Origin: Deltaproteobacteria bacterium
GTDB lineage: Bacteria; Desulfobacterota; Binatia; Binatales; Binataceae
Length of the DNA stretch: 64,000 nt
Direction of reading: 5' to 3'
Assembly (NCBI GenBank): GCA_021780225.1
Contig: JAJXZF010000027.1
Coordinates: 1,229 to 65,228 of the forward strand
Shown here: in pieces, positions 31,231-41,836 of the stretch
How positions within the stretch are numbered: the first letter of the stretch is position 1
Layout of the letters: every line of letters begins with the position of its first letter
Position numbers and translations under genes: made by a program
Notes under the pieces: model-generated
The model's database searches: none
What the model was told of the DNA's origin: nothing
What the model saw: the letters and a program-made list of their open reading frames with translations, nothing else

Positions 31231-31670
31231 CAGCGGCCCGCCTTGCTCCGCAACGCCGAGTAGCTTTTATCGCCCAATTCCTGGCTCACCGGCAGTCCCG
31301 CCTCGCGCCATCCGACGACCACGAGCGCGCCGCTCCCGTCCCGGGCGCCGCCATATCCGCCACGCACGTTGGTCAGGTCGCCATATCCGCACGCCTCGAG
31401 TATCTCGCAGGCGCGCTGGGAGCGTCCGCCCGCCATGCATCCGACGATTAACTTGGCGTCTTTCGGCAAAACCTTCTCGACCACCTCGGCGAAATCGGGA
31501 TTCGGCTCCATCTGTCCCGGCCCCTTGATAAATACGACCGGTATGTTGAGGGCGCCTTCCGGATGGCCAGCGGCGAATTCGCCCTCGGTCCTGACGTCCA
31601 GATAGATCGCGCCCGGATGCGCGCGCAAAACCTCGTAAGCCTGAGCCGGTTCGGCCTGCTTAATCGGCAT
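31230..31670 (-). CDS. rhodanese-like sulfurtransferase domain protein
   Basis: Start at MPIKQAE. Rhodanese fold with active-site loop CMAGGRSQRA. Confidence 0.7.
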   Translation of the reverse strand: MPIKQAEPAQAYEVLRAHPGAIYLDVRTEGEFAAGHPEGALNIPVVFIKGPGQMEPNPDFAEVVEKVLPKDAKLIVGCMAGGRSQRACEILEACGYGDLTNVRGGYGGARDGSGALVVVGWREAGLPVSQELGDKSYSALRSKAGR

Positions 31671-31756
31671 CTTCAATTCCCTCGTCTTCGGATTGTAGCA
31701 CGCGCGGGAGACTCCGCGCGTCCTGCACAGCGGGCCGTTTTCGCCCCGGCTGCGAT

Positions 31757-32038
31757 TCAACTCTTGCGGTAAACCGAAAATTCCTCTTCCAGCCGGGACG
31801 CGCGATCTTGCGCCGATGCGATTCTCTGGGTGCGCAGGAAAAAATGCACCAATTCCTCGTGGCCGGCCGCGCCCGCCGGACTTGCGACCTCAACTAATTC
31901 CTCAATCAGGCTCGGAAATTTTTCGCCCGGAATATAGTAATTGGCCCAGCCGAAATTGCAGTAACGGTGAAGAATTTTGGCGATCGTTTTTTCCAGCGAT
32001 TCGCGCCGGTTTCCGCTCCGTTCCTCTTGCTGTGACAA
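31757..32038 (-). CDS. hypothetical protein
   Basis: 93-aa ORF with ordinary composition between rhodanese and YiiX-like genes on the same strand. No recognisable motif. Confidence 0.3.
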   Translation of the reverse strand: MSQQEERSGNRRESLEKTIAKILHRYCNFGWANYYIPGEKFPSLIEELVEVASPAGAAGHEELVHFFLRTQRIASAQDRASRLEEEFSVYRKS

Positions 32039-32117
32039 CTTCCGCTCCTTGGTCCGCGCCGATCCGGCCGCGGCGGCTTGACGTTAGCTCAAACCGGACG
32101 CCGCTCCAAACCGTTCG

Positions 32118-33017
32118 TCAAGCGCTTTTTTCCCGCGCTTCGGAAGCTTCGCCCGCCGCCGGGTCCTCAATCCAGAGCAGCTTGTGATAGTCAAATCGCG
32201 AACCTTCGATCACGTTGAATTTCATGATCGCGAAATATGGAGACAAGTCGAAATCGCGCGGCGTGATCAGCGTCGCGGCCACGCGCCGCATCGCCCCGCG
32301 CGGCGCCGTTCGCGCGCTCCGCCGCCATACGAGACCCAGCGCGCGGCGCGGACGCGGCGGCGTGAAATCCGGCGGCAGCGGCTCGAAACGCGGCACGATC
32401 GGAAAGCGCACCCGCTCGAAACACTCGGCGATCATGCTCGAACAAATCAGCCGGGTGGGATCGGTGCTGCCGAACTCGAGCGCCTGGCGCCTCAGTTGCG
32501 GCGGTATGATACTCACTGGCAGGAAATAACGCGCAAGGTCGAAAAGGTTGCGCAGATCGTATTGTTTGCCGACGTCCTCCAGCGCGTGGCTCACCACTTC
32601 TTGCTGGTCCGCCGGCGTCAAGCCCCAGGGGCGGCACAGGCGAATGTTATACTCGCGATAATTCGCCAGCGGCGTCAGTATCACCCCTTCTTTGACCAGC
32701 GCCTCGACCAGCAGATGGTCGGCGTCGGCGCCGAATTTCTCGCGCAATGAAGGGTCGCGCCGGACCGCTTCGTCTCCCACATAAAGCGCCGAATGCGACC
32801 AGGAGCTCTGGGTGAGATACTTGATTACCTCGCTGATACGTTCGTTGCCCTCGACCAGCAACACATCGCCCTTGCGGATAATCCGGGCAAGCTGAGCCAT
32901 GTCGTTGGGGATGGAAAGCGTGTAGCTCGCGACCGGTTTGGACAACAGATTCGCGGCCAACTTCACCAGCCGGTTGAGCACGTAACCGATCGGATGACGC
33001 CAGGCGTGTTCCGCCAC
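32118..33017 (-). CDS. YiiX-like permuted papain-fold protein (DUF830-like)
   Basis: Pattern GDVLLVEG...SEVIKYLTQSSWSHSALYVGDEAV...EALV...RLCR and later LICSSMIAECF parallels E. coli YiiX (GDIIFQ...SKAIQLATHSDYSHTGMLV...EAVGPV...RRV; YCSEVVWKVY). Confidence 0.5.
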   Translation of the reverse strand: MAEHAWRHPIGYVLNRLVKLAANLLSKPVASYTLSIPNDMAQLARIIRKGDVLLVEGNERISEVIKYLTQSSWSHSALYVGDEAVRRDPSLREKFGADADHLLVEALVKEGVILTPLANYREYNIRLCRPWGLTPADQQEVVSHALEDVGKQYDLRNLFDLARYFLPVSIIPPQLRRQALEFGSTDPTRLICSSMIAECFERVRFPIVPRFEPLPPDFTPPRPRRALGLVWRRSARTAPRGAMRRVAATLITPRDFDLSPYFAIMKFNVIEGSRFDYHKLLWIEDPAAGEASEAREKSA

Positions 33018-33146
33018 TGCTGCTCAGGAATCGCCCGCTGACGCAATACGCGCCGATCCGGTGCGATCCTCCCTCGGCTCAAGAATATCAAGCGCGCGCC
33101 GATACGAAAATGCGGGCCGTCTGTATCTAAAGCATCGACCGGGCGA

Positions 33147-34256
33147 TCAGCCTTTGAATGAACCTACGATTCCGTAAAACGGCAAATTGATAGTCGGCTG
33201 ATTCGGATCGTCGGTCTTGATCGCGAGCATCCCGCGCAGCGCGCCATCCGGGCTGTTGGGCTGAAGCTGGAGCGTGATTTTGTATTCCTTGCCGGGCGTA
33301 ATCGGCTGAACCGACGCCACGACGTTTCGATTCGTGCTGGCGATTCCGACCACCTTGACGGTCCGCGGCCCAGTGTTTACCAGCCGCGCGTACTGCTGGG
33401 CGGGCTGGCGATGCTCCACCACGCCGAACGACACCTGCACCGGCTTCAGCGTCAGATCGCCCCGCACCTCTCCGAAAACCGAAACGTTTATCGGCTCGCG
33501 GCTGGTCGCAACCTTGACCATGTCGGCAAAGCCGCCCGCGGGCATCGATTTCAGCAGCGTGACCGTGAGTATCGCGCCCTGCTGGCCATGCGGACGGGGC
33601 GCCAGCGCGACTTTTATATCGCGATTCTCATTGCGCGCCGACTCGACCTTGAAGTCCGGGTCTTGAACGAGCGGGATAATCGCCACCTGGCGCGCGGCTT
33701 CCGTTCCATGTTTGACCACGCCGAACGCCACTTCGGCGGGCTCGGCGTCGACCGGCTGCCGGATATCGCCCTTCAGCGTCAGCACTATCGACTGCGCCTT
33801 GGGATCGTTGGTCGCGACCGTGATCGTGCGCGTGGTCGGCCCGTGTTCCGAAGTCGTATCAAGGCTGGTCGCGATTTCCGACATATCTCCCGGCGCGACG
33901 GTCGCTTTGGTCGGCTTCGCGGCTGTGCATCCGCACGAGGTGATCACCGCGCCGATCACCAGCGGCGCGGTTCCGTCGTTGCGGATTTTGAATACGTGGG
34001 CGACCGGTTTGCCGCCGATCACCGTGCCGAAATCGAAAACGCGCTCGCTCGCGATCGCCTGCGGCGCACCCATACTCGCCGGCCCGGCCGGAAATCCCAG
34101 ATTGATCGTCGCGGAACCCGATCCGGACGAAGCGCCGCCCTGCATGAGTCCGCCGCCTTGCAAATCTCCCGATTGCGCCGCGGCCACGCCCGCGATGCCG
34201 GCGGCGACCGCCGCGACCATCGCCGCCCGCGCCGCGAATAAACGAAGCCGCATCAT
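33147..34256 (-). CDS. secreted DUF1573 domain-containing protein
   Basis: Signal peptide, then DUF1573-like module (FDFGTV..GKPVAHVFKIRNDGTAPLVIGAVITSCGCT) followed by additional beta-rich repeats. Confidence 0.7.
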   Translation of the reverse strand: MMRLRLFAARAAMVAAVAAGIAGVAAAQSGDLQGGGLMQGGASSGSGSATINLGFPAGPASMGAPQAIASERVFDFGTVIGGKPVAHVFKIRNDGTAPLVIGAVITSCGCTAAKPTKATVAPGDMSEIATSLDTTSEHGPTTRTITVATNDPKAQSIVLTLKGDIRQPVDAEPAEVAFGVVKHGTEAARQVAIIPLVQDPDFKVESARNENRDIKVALAPRPHGQQGAILTVTLLKSMPAGGFADMVKVATSREPINVSVFGEVRGDLTLKPVQVSFGVVEHRQPAQQYARLVNTGPRTVKVVGIASTNRNVVASVQPITPGKEYKITLQLQPNSPDGALRGMLAIKTDDPNQPTINLPFYGIVGSFKG

Positions 34257-34283
34257 CGAATACCGAAATATCCCGGCAATCCG

Positions 34284-35669
34284 TCAACCGTTGGCGACGC
34301 CGCGCATCGGCGCCGCTTCCGCCGCCGGCGCGGCTTCATAACGCTTCAGAAAATCGGTCGCGAAATCGCCGCGCACAAAATCCGCTTCGTCAAGAATTCG
34401 CAGATGCAGCGGGATATTGGTTTTGATTCCGTCGATCAGATACTCGCGCAGCGCCGCTTTCGCGCGCGCGATCGCAAGCCCGCGATCGTCGGCGTGAACA
34501 ATCAGCTTCGCGATCAGCGGATCGTAATGCACCGGCACGCGGTAGCCGTCATACAATGCGGTTTCGACCCGCACCCCAAGCCCGCCGGGCGAATGATGGT
34601 TGGTCACCACGCCGGGCGACGGCAGGTGCGTATCCGGATCTTCCGCGTAAACCCGCAGCTCGATCGCGGCGCCGGTAATTTCAACCTGCTTCTGCTTGAT
34701 TCCGAGCGGCTCGCCCGCCGCAATCCGGATACTTTCGCGCACCAGATCGGTCGCCGTGACCATCTCGGTCACGCCGTGCTCGACCTGAATCCGCGTATTC
34801 ATCTCGATGAAATAGAACTGGCCGTCGGGCGCGAGCAAAAATTCAACCGTGCCGACATTCGAGTAGCCGACCACCTGCGCCGCCCGCACCGCGGCCTTGC
34901 CCATCCGCTCGCGCAAGCGCTTGGTCATCACCGGGCACGGAGCCTCTTCGAGCACCTTCTGATGGCGCCGCTGGATCGAACAGTCGCGCTCGCCCAGATG
35001 AATCGCGTTGCGGTTATTGTCCGCCAGAATCTGGAATTCGACGTGGCGCGCCCGCTCCAGGTATTTCTCCAGATACATCGTGCGCGACCCGAACGCCGCT
35101 TCGCTTTCCGCCCGGGCGAGCGGAAACAGCCGCGCCAGCTCCTGCTCGTCGCGCACCACCCGCATCCCTTTGCCGCCGCCGCCGGCCGCCGCCTTGATCA
35201 GCACGGGAAATCCGAGACGCCTGGCGTCTTCCTGGGCGTCGCGCAGTTCGGTGACGCCGGTGCCCTCGCTGCCGGGCAGCACCGGCACGCCCGCCCGCTT
35301 CATGATCCGGCGCGCCCGCGGCTTGTCGCCCATCAATCTGATATGGCGCGCCCGCGGTCCGACAAAAGTGACGCCCGAGCGCTTGCAGGCCTCCGCGAAA
35401 TCGCCGTTTTCAGAAAGGAAGCCGTAGCCCGGATGCACCGCGTCAGCGCCATAGGTCAACACCGTGCTGACGATCGCCGGAATATTAAGGTAGCTGTCTT
35501 CCGCCGCCGGCGGACCAATGCATACCGCCTCGTCCGCCATCCGCACGTGCAGCGCGTCCTTATCCGCGGTCGAGTAGATTGCGAGCGTGCGGATTCCCAA
35601 TTCGCGGCACGCCCGGATAATCCGGATCGCTATCGTCCCGCGATTCGCCACCAGCAGTTTTTTGAACAT
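34284..35669 (-). CDS. accC: acetyl-CoA carboxylase biotin carboxylase subunit
   Basis: 461 aa, near-collinear with AccC (MFKKLLVANRGTIAIRIIRAC..., ATP-grasp, ...EMNTRIQVEHGVTE). Confidence 0.95.
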   Translation of the reverse strand: MFKKLLVANRGTIAIRIIRACRELGIRTLAIYSTADKDALHVRMADEAVCIGPPAAEDSYLNIPAIVSTVLTYGADAVHPGYGFLSENGDFAEACKRSGVTFVGPRARHIRLMGDKPRARRIMKRAGVPVLPGSEGTGVTELRDAQEDARRLGFPVLIKAAAGGGGKGMRVVRDEQELARLFPLARAESEAAFGSRTMYLEKYLERARHVEFQILADNNRNAIHLGERDCSIQRRHQKVLEEAPCPVMTKRLRERMGKAAVRAAQVVGYSNVGTVEFLLAPDGQFYFIEMNTRIQVEHGVTEMVTATDLVRESIRIAAGEPLGIKQKQVEITGAAIELRVYAEDPDTHLPSPGVVTNHHSPGGLGVRVETALYDGYRVPVHYDPLIAKLIVHADDRGLAIARAKAALREYLIDGIKTNIPLHLRILDEADFVRGDFATDFLKRYEAAPAAEAAPMRGVANG

Positions 35670-35706
35670 CGCCTGAGTCTCCCGGCCGCGCTTGTCCGCG
35701 CGGCCG

Positions 35707-36198
35707 TCATCCGACCTCGAGGACCATCAGCGGCTGGCCGTACTCGACCGGCTGTCCGTTCTCGCACAATACTTTTACGATTCGGCCGCCGGCTTCGGCT
35801 TCGATTTCGTTCATCATCTTCATCGCCTCGATGATGCACAGGATCTGGCCTTTGCGCACCGAGTCGTTTTCCTCGACGAAGGGATCGGCGTCGGGCGAGG
35901 CCGCGCGATAGAACGTTCCCACCATCGGGCTGGTCACCATGCGTTGGTTGTCGGCCAGAGCCGGCGGCGCCTGCGCGGCGCGCGCGCCGTTTTCGGCGGC
36001 GCGCTTGATCGCTATTTTCGCCGGCCCGGGCGCTTCCGCCCGAACCGCCGGCGCCATCTGCACCTCGGCCGCTCCGGACGGCGCGGGCGCGCCGCCGCGC
36101 ACCAGCCGCACCTTGCCCTTTTTGTCTTCGATTTCCAGTTCCACCAACCCGTAATCGCGCATCAGGGTCAGCAGCGCTTTGAGTTCTCTTGCTTCCAT
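35707..36198 (-). CDS. accB: acetyl-CoA carboxylase biotin carboxyl carrier protein
   Basis: Start at [11 protein letters not shown]-terminal biotinyl domain with [12 protein letters not shown] motif. Confidence 0.9.
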   Translation of the reverse strand: MEARELKALLTLMRDYGLVELEIEDKKGKVRLVRGGAPAPSGAAEVQMAPAVRAEAPGPAKIAIKRAAENGARAAQAPPALADNQRMVTSPMVGTFYRAASPDADPFVEENDSVRKGQILCIIEAMKMMNEIEAEAGGRIVKVLCENGQPVEYGQPLMVLEVG

Positions 36199-36330
36199 CG
36201 CTTTCCGTGCGTCGCCCGCCGGGCGCGCCGCGCGCGCCGTTGCGGTCGCCCTCAATGCCCGAATTGTCCCGCCGCGTTCGTTGCTCGATCCCATGGTGAT
36301 TGCCGTCCGTCCGCGCTTCGGAAGTTCCGC

Positions 36331-36822
36331 CTACGACCGGCTGGCGCCGTTCGCGATTTGCGCCGCCGCGCGCAGCGCCAACAAGTAACTCTCCGCTCCG
36401 AACCCCAGGATTCTTCCCACGACTATGTCGGCGATGGTCGAATGATGCCGCATCGGCTCGCGTTTATAGACGTTTGAGAGATGCACTTCGATACAGGGCG
36501 CGCCGATCGCAAGAATCACGTCGCGGATGGCGACGCTGGTATGCGTATATGCGGCGGGATTGATTATCAGCGCCTGAATCTTGCCGCGCGCCGCCTGAAT
36601 CCGATCGACGATCGCGCCTTCGCTGTTGGATTGGAACGTCTCGACCGCCACCCCCAGCTCGTGGCCAAGCCCGCGCAGCGCCGCATCGATATCTTTCAGC
36701 GTGGTTCGCCCGTAAACCTCGGGTTCGCGCTCGCCCAACAGATTCAGGTTCGGGCCGTGAACCACCAACACCGACGGTAAAGTTGCGCCCGCTTCGCCCA
36801 GCCTAGCTTCCCTCGCCATCAA
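36331..36822 (-). CDS. aroQ: type II 3-dehydroquinate dehydratase
   Basis: 163 aa ([21 protein letters not shown]..., [15 protein letters not shown]). Conserved aroQ-accB-accC gene order. Confidence 0.9.
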   Translation of the reverse strand: MMAREARLGEAGATLPSVLVVHGPNLNLLGEREPEVYGRTTLKDIDAALRGLGHELGVAVETFQSNSEGAIVDRIQAARGKIQALIINPAAYTHTSVAIRDVILAIGAPCIEVHLSNVYKREPMRHHSTIADIVVGRILGFGAESYLLALRAAAQIANGASRS

Positions 36823-37070
36823 ACCTGCTCATTAGCGAATTGAATCCTACCAGTTCAGCGGTTTCAAGCCGACCGGCCCGGCCGCACGCCGTCGTGTTGG
36901 CGTTCATCCACAGCCGGCTCCGCCGTTCCGCGCCGGCAAGGTCATTAACAATGCTTCGATTCACAACGCGCGCGCGCCTTATCTTTCCGTTGGCAATCTC
37001 GGCGGAAAAGTTGCAGAATCGGAGCGGATCGATTTGAGCAAACAAATGCTTGACGGAGGGATCCAAGAAT

Positions 37071-38198
37071 ATGAAGTTCGGCCTGCTTTATGAAATGGAA
37101 ACGCCGCGGCCATGGAATGCGCTGAGCGAGTATAACGTCTATTGGGAAGCGCTCGCTCAAATCGAACTCGCCGACCGCATCGGCATCGATTACGTCTGGG
37201 AAGTCGAGCATCACTTTCTCGAAGAATATTCGCACAGCTCCGCGCCCGAAGTCTTTTATGGCGCGGTCAGCCAGCGCACCAAGAATATTCGGATCGCCCA
37301 TGGCGTCCGCCTCCTGCCCTTCAATTTCAACAATCCGATCAAAGTCGCCGAGCAGGCCGCCGTGCTGGATATCCTGAGCAACGGCCGGATGGAGTTGGGA
37401 ACTGGCCGTTCGACCACCTCGCAGGAACTCGACGGCTTCAGCGTCGATTACGATCGCACCCGTCAGGAGGTCCGCGAGGCCCTCGATATCATCGTCAAGG
37501 CTTGGACCGACGACGTGCTTGAATACAATGGCAAGCTGATCAAGGTTCCGCCCCGGCGGGTCGTGCCCAAGCCGATTCAGAAGCCCCATCCGGCGATGTG
37601 GATGGCGTGTGTGGCCCCCGACAGCTATCAGATGGCGGGCGACCGCGGGATGGGCGTGCTAAGCTTCAGCCTCAACTGGGAGTTGGTGCGCAAGGCGATG
37701 GAGGCCTATCACAAGTCGTTCGCGAATCGCACCGACCAGGTCGGCAAGGTTCCCAACGAGCAGTTCGGCGGACTGGTGATCTGCCACGTCGCCGAGAACA
37801 AGGAAGACGAGGCGATCGGATTGGACGGCGCGCGCTGGTTCATGCACCACGTCGCCAAGCTGTTCGAGCCGCTGATGTCCAAGAACAAGCTCTACTCTTA
37901 CGAATACCTGCGCAATCTGATGGCGATGGACCTCGACCCGAAGGACGCGCCCGACGCGCAGCTGAAGCAGCATCAGATGGTCGTCGTCGGCAATCCCGAC
38001 GAGGTCAACCGCAAGCTCGAGGAGTTCCAGCGCAACGGCCTCGATCAGGTTATCTGCCTCAAGCAGGCGGGCCGCATTCCCCATCGGAACATCATGAAGT
38101 CGCTGCGCCTGATGGCGAAGCATGTGCTGCCGCACTTCAACCCGCATCGCACGATCGCGAGCGAGGAGACGGCGCTGGCGGCGGCCGGCGGCCGATAA
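37071..38198 (+). CDS. LLM-class (luciferase-like) flavin-dependent oxidoreductase
   Basis: Starts MKFGLLYEMETP... TIM-barrel luciferase-like monooxygenase pattern. Confidence 0.8.
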   Translation: MKFGLLYEMETPRPWNALSEYNVYWEALAQIELADRIGIDYVWEVEHHFLEEYSHSSAPEVFYGAVSQRTKNIRIAHGVRLLPFNFNNPIKVAEQAAVLDILSNGRMELGTGRSTTSQELDGFSVDYDRTRQEVREALDIIVKAWTDDVLEYNGKLIKVPPRRVVPKPIQKPHPAMWMACVAPDSYQMAGDRGMGVLSFSLNWELVRKAMEAYHKSFANRTDQVGKVPNEQFGGLVICHVAENKEDEAIGLDGARWFMHHVAKLFEPLMSKNKLYSYEYLRNLMAMDLDPKDAPDAQLKQHQMVVVGNPDEVNRKLEEFQRNGLDQVICLKQAGRIPHRNIMKSLRLMAKHVLPHFNPHRTIASEETALAAAGGR

Positions 38199-38307
38199 AA
38201 TACAGCGTGCGCGGCGCGGCGCTTTGTCGCCGCGCCGCGCACGTCGATTCGCGGCGCGGCGGCGCCTGACCGGCGATCTGTCCGCCGCGCTCAGAAGGTA
38301 CGGGTCG

Positions 38308-38676
38308 ATGGTTCAGATCGGCAACCATCTGAAGATGAACGTCGCGCCCGAATTGCGCGATCGCACGCGCGCCTTCTATGGCGTTCTCCTCGGATGCAAA
38401 CGGCTCGACAGCGGCCGGAGCGACCTCGACCTTTACGAATTCGACGGCGGCTTCGTGCTGGGCCTCTTTTTCGTCCCCGCCGATGAAACCCTGCCCGATT
38501 CGGTTTATGAGCGGGCGACATGGATGGAACTCAAGGTTGACGATCCGGCGGCATGGAAAACGCGCATTCAGGCCTTCGGCGTGCGCGAAGTCGCCTATCC
38601 GGACGCGACGCGCTTCTTCTTCGCCGCTCCCGGCGGACAAGTTTTTCGCCTGGCGCCGCTCGATGGAGGCGTGTAA
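38308..38676 (+). CDS. VOC/glyoxalase-family small protein (tentative)
   Basis: About 122 aa starting MVQIGNHLKMNV. Beta-alpha-beta(3)-like pattern. Confidence 0.45.
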   Translation: MVQIGNHLKMNVAPELRDRTRAFYGVLLGCKRLDSGRSDLDLYEFDGGFVLGLFFVPADETLPDSVYERATWMELKVDDPAAWKTRIQAFGVREVAYPDATRFFFAAPGGQVFRLAPLDGGV

Positions 38677-38755
38677 GACGCTTCGTTCTGGCGCTCCATC
38701 CGCATGAATTCCTGAATCGCATCACGAACGTTTTTCCGCAATCACGGCAATCAGA

Positions 38756-39922
38756 ATGACCAAGGAAAAATTTACCGTCGCAATCCCCGACGCGGTCCTC
38801 AACGATTTGCGCGAGCGGCTCGCCCGCGCCCGTTTCGCTCCCGATTTCGCCAACGCCGACTGGACCTTCGGCACGGAAGCCAACTACCTGAAGGAGCTGG
38901 CCGCCTACTGGCGCGATCGTTTCGATTGGCGCGCCGTCGAACGCGAGATGAACAGCTACGCGCATTACCGAACGCAAATCGACGGGATGCCGATTCATTT
39001 CATCCACGAACCCGGCAAAGGGCCGCAGCCGATTCCGATTATTATGAGCCACGGATGGCCGTGGACGTTCTGGGACTTGCACAAGGTGATTCGTCCGCTC
39101 GCCGATCCCGCCGCGCACGGCGGCGACGCGCGCGACGCCTTCGACGTAATCGTTCCTTCGCTCCCCGGTTACGGTTTTTCGACTCCGCTCGCGACCACCG
39201 GAATCAACTACTGGAACACCGCGGATCTGTGGGTCAAATTGATGCGCGACGTGCTCGGCTACGACAAGTTCGCCGCCCAGGGTGGCGATTGGGGCGCGCT
39301 CGTCACCGCGCAACTCGGTCATAAATACGCGCAACATCTGATTGGCGTGCACGTTCATCTGCTCGCATCGCTCAGCTTCTTCGGAGGTCAGGACGGCCCC
39401 AAACCGGAAGATTACGGCCCCGACGAACAAGGCTGGCTGGAGCACAGCCGCCGTTTCATGAGCGAAGGCAGCGGCTACATGGCGATCCAGTCCACGCGCC
39501 CGCAAACGCTGGCGCAGGCGCTCAACGATTCGCCCGCCGGACTCTGTTCGTGGATTCTCGAAAAACGCCGCGCCTGGAGCGATTGCGGCGGCGCCGTCGA
39601 GCGGCGCTTCACCAAAGACGATCTCTGCACCACGATGACGATTTACTGGGCGACGCAGAGCTTCAACACCTCCGCGCGTTATTACTACGAAGCCGCGCAC
39701 AACCCGTGGCGGCCGTCGCACGACCGCACGCCGGTGGTCGAGGCGCCGACCGGCGCCGCCGTCTTTCTGAAGGAAGTATTGCTGATGCCGCGGCGGTGGG
39801 CCGAGCGCTACTACAATCTGAAACGATGGACGGTGATGCCAAGCGGCGGGCATTTCGCGCCGATGGAGGAACCGCGGGCGCTGGTCGAGGATATTCGCGC
39901 CTTCTTCCGTCCGCTGCGCTGA
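38756..39922 (+). CDS. epoxide hydrolase (microsomal-EH N-terminal domain + alpha/beta hydrolase)
   Basis: 388 aa. EH N-terminal domain (FTVAIPDAVLNDLRERLARARF...), HGWP oxyanion motif, nucleophile GGDWGA. Confidence 0.8.
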   Translation: MTKEKFTVAIPDAVLNDLRERLARARFAPDFANADWTFGTEANYLKELAAYWRDRFDWRAVEREMNSYAHYRTQIDGMPIHFIHEPGKGPQPIPIIMSHGWPWTFWDLHKVIRPLADPAAHGGDARDAFDVIVPSLPGYGFSTPLATTGINYWNTADLWVKLMRDVLGYDKFAAQGGDWGALVTAQLGHKYAQHLIGVHVHLLASLSFFGGQDGPKPEDYGPDEQGWLEHSRRFMSEGSGYMAIQSTRPQTLAQALNDSPAGLCSWILEKRRAWSDCGGAVERRFTKDDLCTTMTIYWATQSFNTSARYYYEAAHNPWRPSHDRTPVVEAPTGAAVFLKEVLLMPRRWAERYYNLKRWTVMPSGGHFAPMEEPRALVEDIRAFFRPLR

Positions 39923-39939
39923 ACGCCCCGCGCGGCCGT

Positions 39940-40587
39940 TCAGCGTTCCATAAGAAAATCGGCAAGCTCGGCCGGCGTGGAGCAGATTCGTTCCGCGCCG
40001 GCCGCTTCCAGCTCCGCGCGCGATCCGTAGCCCCACGTCACGCCGATCGGGAACAGGCCGTTCTTCCCGCCCGCCGCGATATCGTGCTCGCGATCGCCAA
40101 CGATCGCCGCCGACCCGGCCTCGATCCGTTCGCGTTCCATCAGCTCGCGCACCATGTCATTCTTGTCCGCCAGCCGCGCATTGCCGGCGACGGCCGCGAA
40201 ATAGCGCCCGATCGCGCACAGCGCGAGAACCCGCTCGGCCGTCGCCGTGTTTTTGAAAGTGACGACATAAAGCCGGGAATCGCCGCGCAACTCCCGGAGC
40301 ATCCGCTCGACGCCCCGATATGGCGCGCTCTCGGCGGCGCCGCTCGCCGCGTAGGAGGCGAGATAGATTGCCGCCGCCCGATCGGCGAGGTCGGCCTTGC
40401 CGTGCGGCACGAGCAGCCGCACGAAAATCTCGCGCAGCGGCGGTCCGACCGCCCAGCGCAGATCGTCGCCGGCCGGCGGCTCGACGCCCAGTTCATCCAG
40501 CGCATACCGTATTGTCTTGACGATTCCGGCGCCCGGATCGGTCAGGGTGCCGTCGAGATCGAACAGGATGTCCTTAAACTTCGCCAT
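39940..40587 (-). CDS. HAD-family hydrolase (phosphoglycolate phosphatase-like)
   Basis: Motif I ILFDLDGTLTD at N-terminus, motif IV GDREHDI. Confidence 0.8.
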   Translation of the reverse strand: MAKFKDILFDLDGTLTDPGAGIVKTIRYALDELGVEPPAGDDLRWAVGPPLREIFVRLLVPHGKADLADRAAAIYLASYAASGAAESAPYRGVERMLRELRGDSRLYVVTFKNTATAERVLALCAIGRYFAAVAGNARLADKNDMVRELMERERIEAGSAAIVGDREHDIAAGGKNGLFPIGVTWGYGSRAELEAAGAERICSTPAELADFLMER

Positions 40588-40756
40588 CGCGGATTCTTCG
40601 GCGCATCATCCGCGCCGTGCTACAAGCTACTCTGTCCGTCCCCGCGTCGCTTGAAGGGTGAAGAATTTCATCCTTGGCGGACGGGCGCGTCCGCGTCAAT
40701 GTCGGCCCCGCCGCCGGCTCGCGGCCCAACATCATCATTTGCACCAAGGCCTCCAA

Positions 40757-41077
40757 ATGTTTTATCCTTCGAGACCGATGAGGACTCGGAACATTCCAGT
40801 CACCTATGACATCCCTGAAGGCATGTCCGCAGAGTACGCGACGCATGTCGTTGTACAGAATGCCGAGAGGGAAATATTTTTGTTGTTTTTTCAGGTCCAG
40901 CCCCCCATCTTTGTTGGAGAAGCTGAGGAGCGGCAAAAGCAACTTAAGGCGCTGGCTTCCGTTCCCACACGTTGCGTTTCCAAAATAATCCTTTCGCCGG
41001 CAAAAGTTCCGGAGTTAATCGAAGCGCTGCAGGAAATTGTTAAGCGGCGGCAGCAAGATTTTACAGAGGAGACCTAA
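40757..41077 (+). CDS. DUF3467 family protein
   Basis: About 105 aa: ...YDIPEGMSAEYATHVVVQNAEREIFLLFFQ...KIILSPAKVPELIEALQEIVKRRQQDF matches the DUF3467 pattern. Lies in a low-GC islet. Start uncertain (40757 or 40778). Confidence 0.6.
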   Translation: MFYPSRPMRTRNIPVTYDIPEGMSAEYATHVVVQNAEREIFLLFFQVQPPIFVGEAEERQKQLKALASVPTRCVSKIILSPAKVPELIEALQEIVKRRQQDFTEET

Positions 41078-41085
41078 GGGCGCCG

Positions 41086-41517
41086 ATGCTGATGGATTGT
41101 GGCACGACCGCCGCAGTTGGATACCGATTCTCATCCCGCGGGAACAGGCGCCAAACGTGGCCGCTTGGATCCCAAGTAGCGTCCACCACTACGGCGCTGC
41201 ATTCTGTACCATTTGTGGGATGGCTTAATGCTGACCTTGAAGGCGATCTGCGATTGCGCTTAATACATCCGTTATATCTGCAAATCGAGGATGATGAGGA
41301 TGGGGGCGCCATCGTCAGCGATTCTCTTTTTGGAGTTTATGGTGAAGGCAAGACCCTGGGTGCGGCAATTGAAGATTTCCGGTCGGCTTTGACGGATTTT
41401 TATTTCCTCCTTCGTGAGCGAAGTGAACGCAGTTCCGAAGATGCGGATGCTTATAGTAGTCTGACGCGAATCATCGAAGCAGTTCCGCCGCAAACATCTA
41501 CCGCATCAAAACGTTAG
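41086..41517 (+). CDS. HicB-like (UPF0150/RNase-H-like fold) antitoxin-like protein, start uncertain
   Basis: Core LRLIHPLYLQIEDDEDGGAIVSDSLFGVYGEGKTLGAAIEDFRSALTDFYFLL fits the HicB N-domain pattern (hydrophobic-E-x-D/E-E-G-G-[YF]-x-A..., G-x-T-x-E-E-A-x-x-x-x-x-E-A). The GC-rich 5' part of the raw ORF is probably non-coding; a GTG at about 41218 is a possible start. Confidence 0.4.
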   Translation: MLMDCGTTAAVGYRFSSRGNRRQTWPLGSQVASTTTALHSVPFVGWLNADLEGDLRLRLIHPLYLQIEDDEDGGAIVSDSLFGVYGEGKTLGAAIEDFRSALTDFYFLLRERSERSSEDADAYSSLTRIIEAVPPQTSTASKR

Positions 41518-41539
41518 ACTCGATTTTCCAGTCCCGTCA

Positions 41540-41836
41540 ATGCCGATCAAACCTGGGGAATTCGAGAACAAAATGCGGCAGAAATTTAAATTTCAGACCG
41601 CAAAGAATCATTCTGACGATCATATTTGGTTGGAACTCAAGCTGGAAGGGGCCCCCGCAGTGCTCACGAAACTTTCCCGCAATGGAGATGAACTGCGTGA
41701 TCGACTCATTGGCAAAATTGCCCGCCAGCTTCGCGTGAAGACGTCATATCTAAAAGAAATGGTTGATTGTACCAAAAGTCAATCCGAATATTACGAGCTG
41801 GTTCGCAATACTCCCGTCCGCCCTTTCGGCACATAG
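41540..41836 (+). CDS. hypothetical protein, possible HicA-like (YcfA-fold) partner
   Basis: 98 aa. Segment AKNHSDDHIWLELKLEGAPAVLTKLSRNGDELRDRLIGKIARQLRV is loosely compatible with the HicA pattern (GSH..., ...P.H...L..G.L..I.KQ.G). Weak. Confidence 0.3.
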   Translation: MPIKPGEFENKMRQKFKFQTAKNHSDDHIWLELKLEGAPAVLTKLSRNGDELRDRLIGKIARQLRVKTSYLKEMVDCTKSQSEYYELVRNTPVRPFGT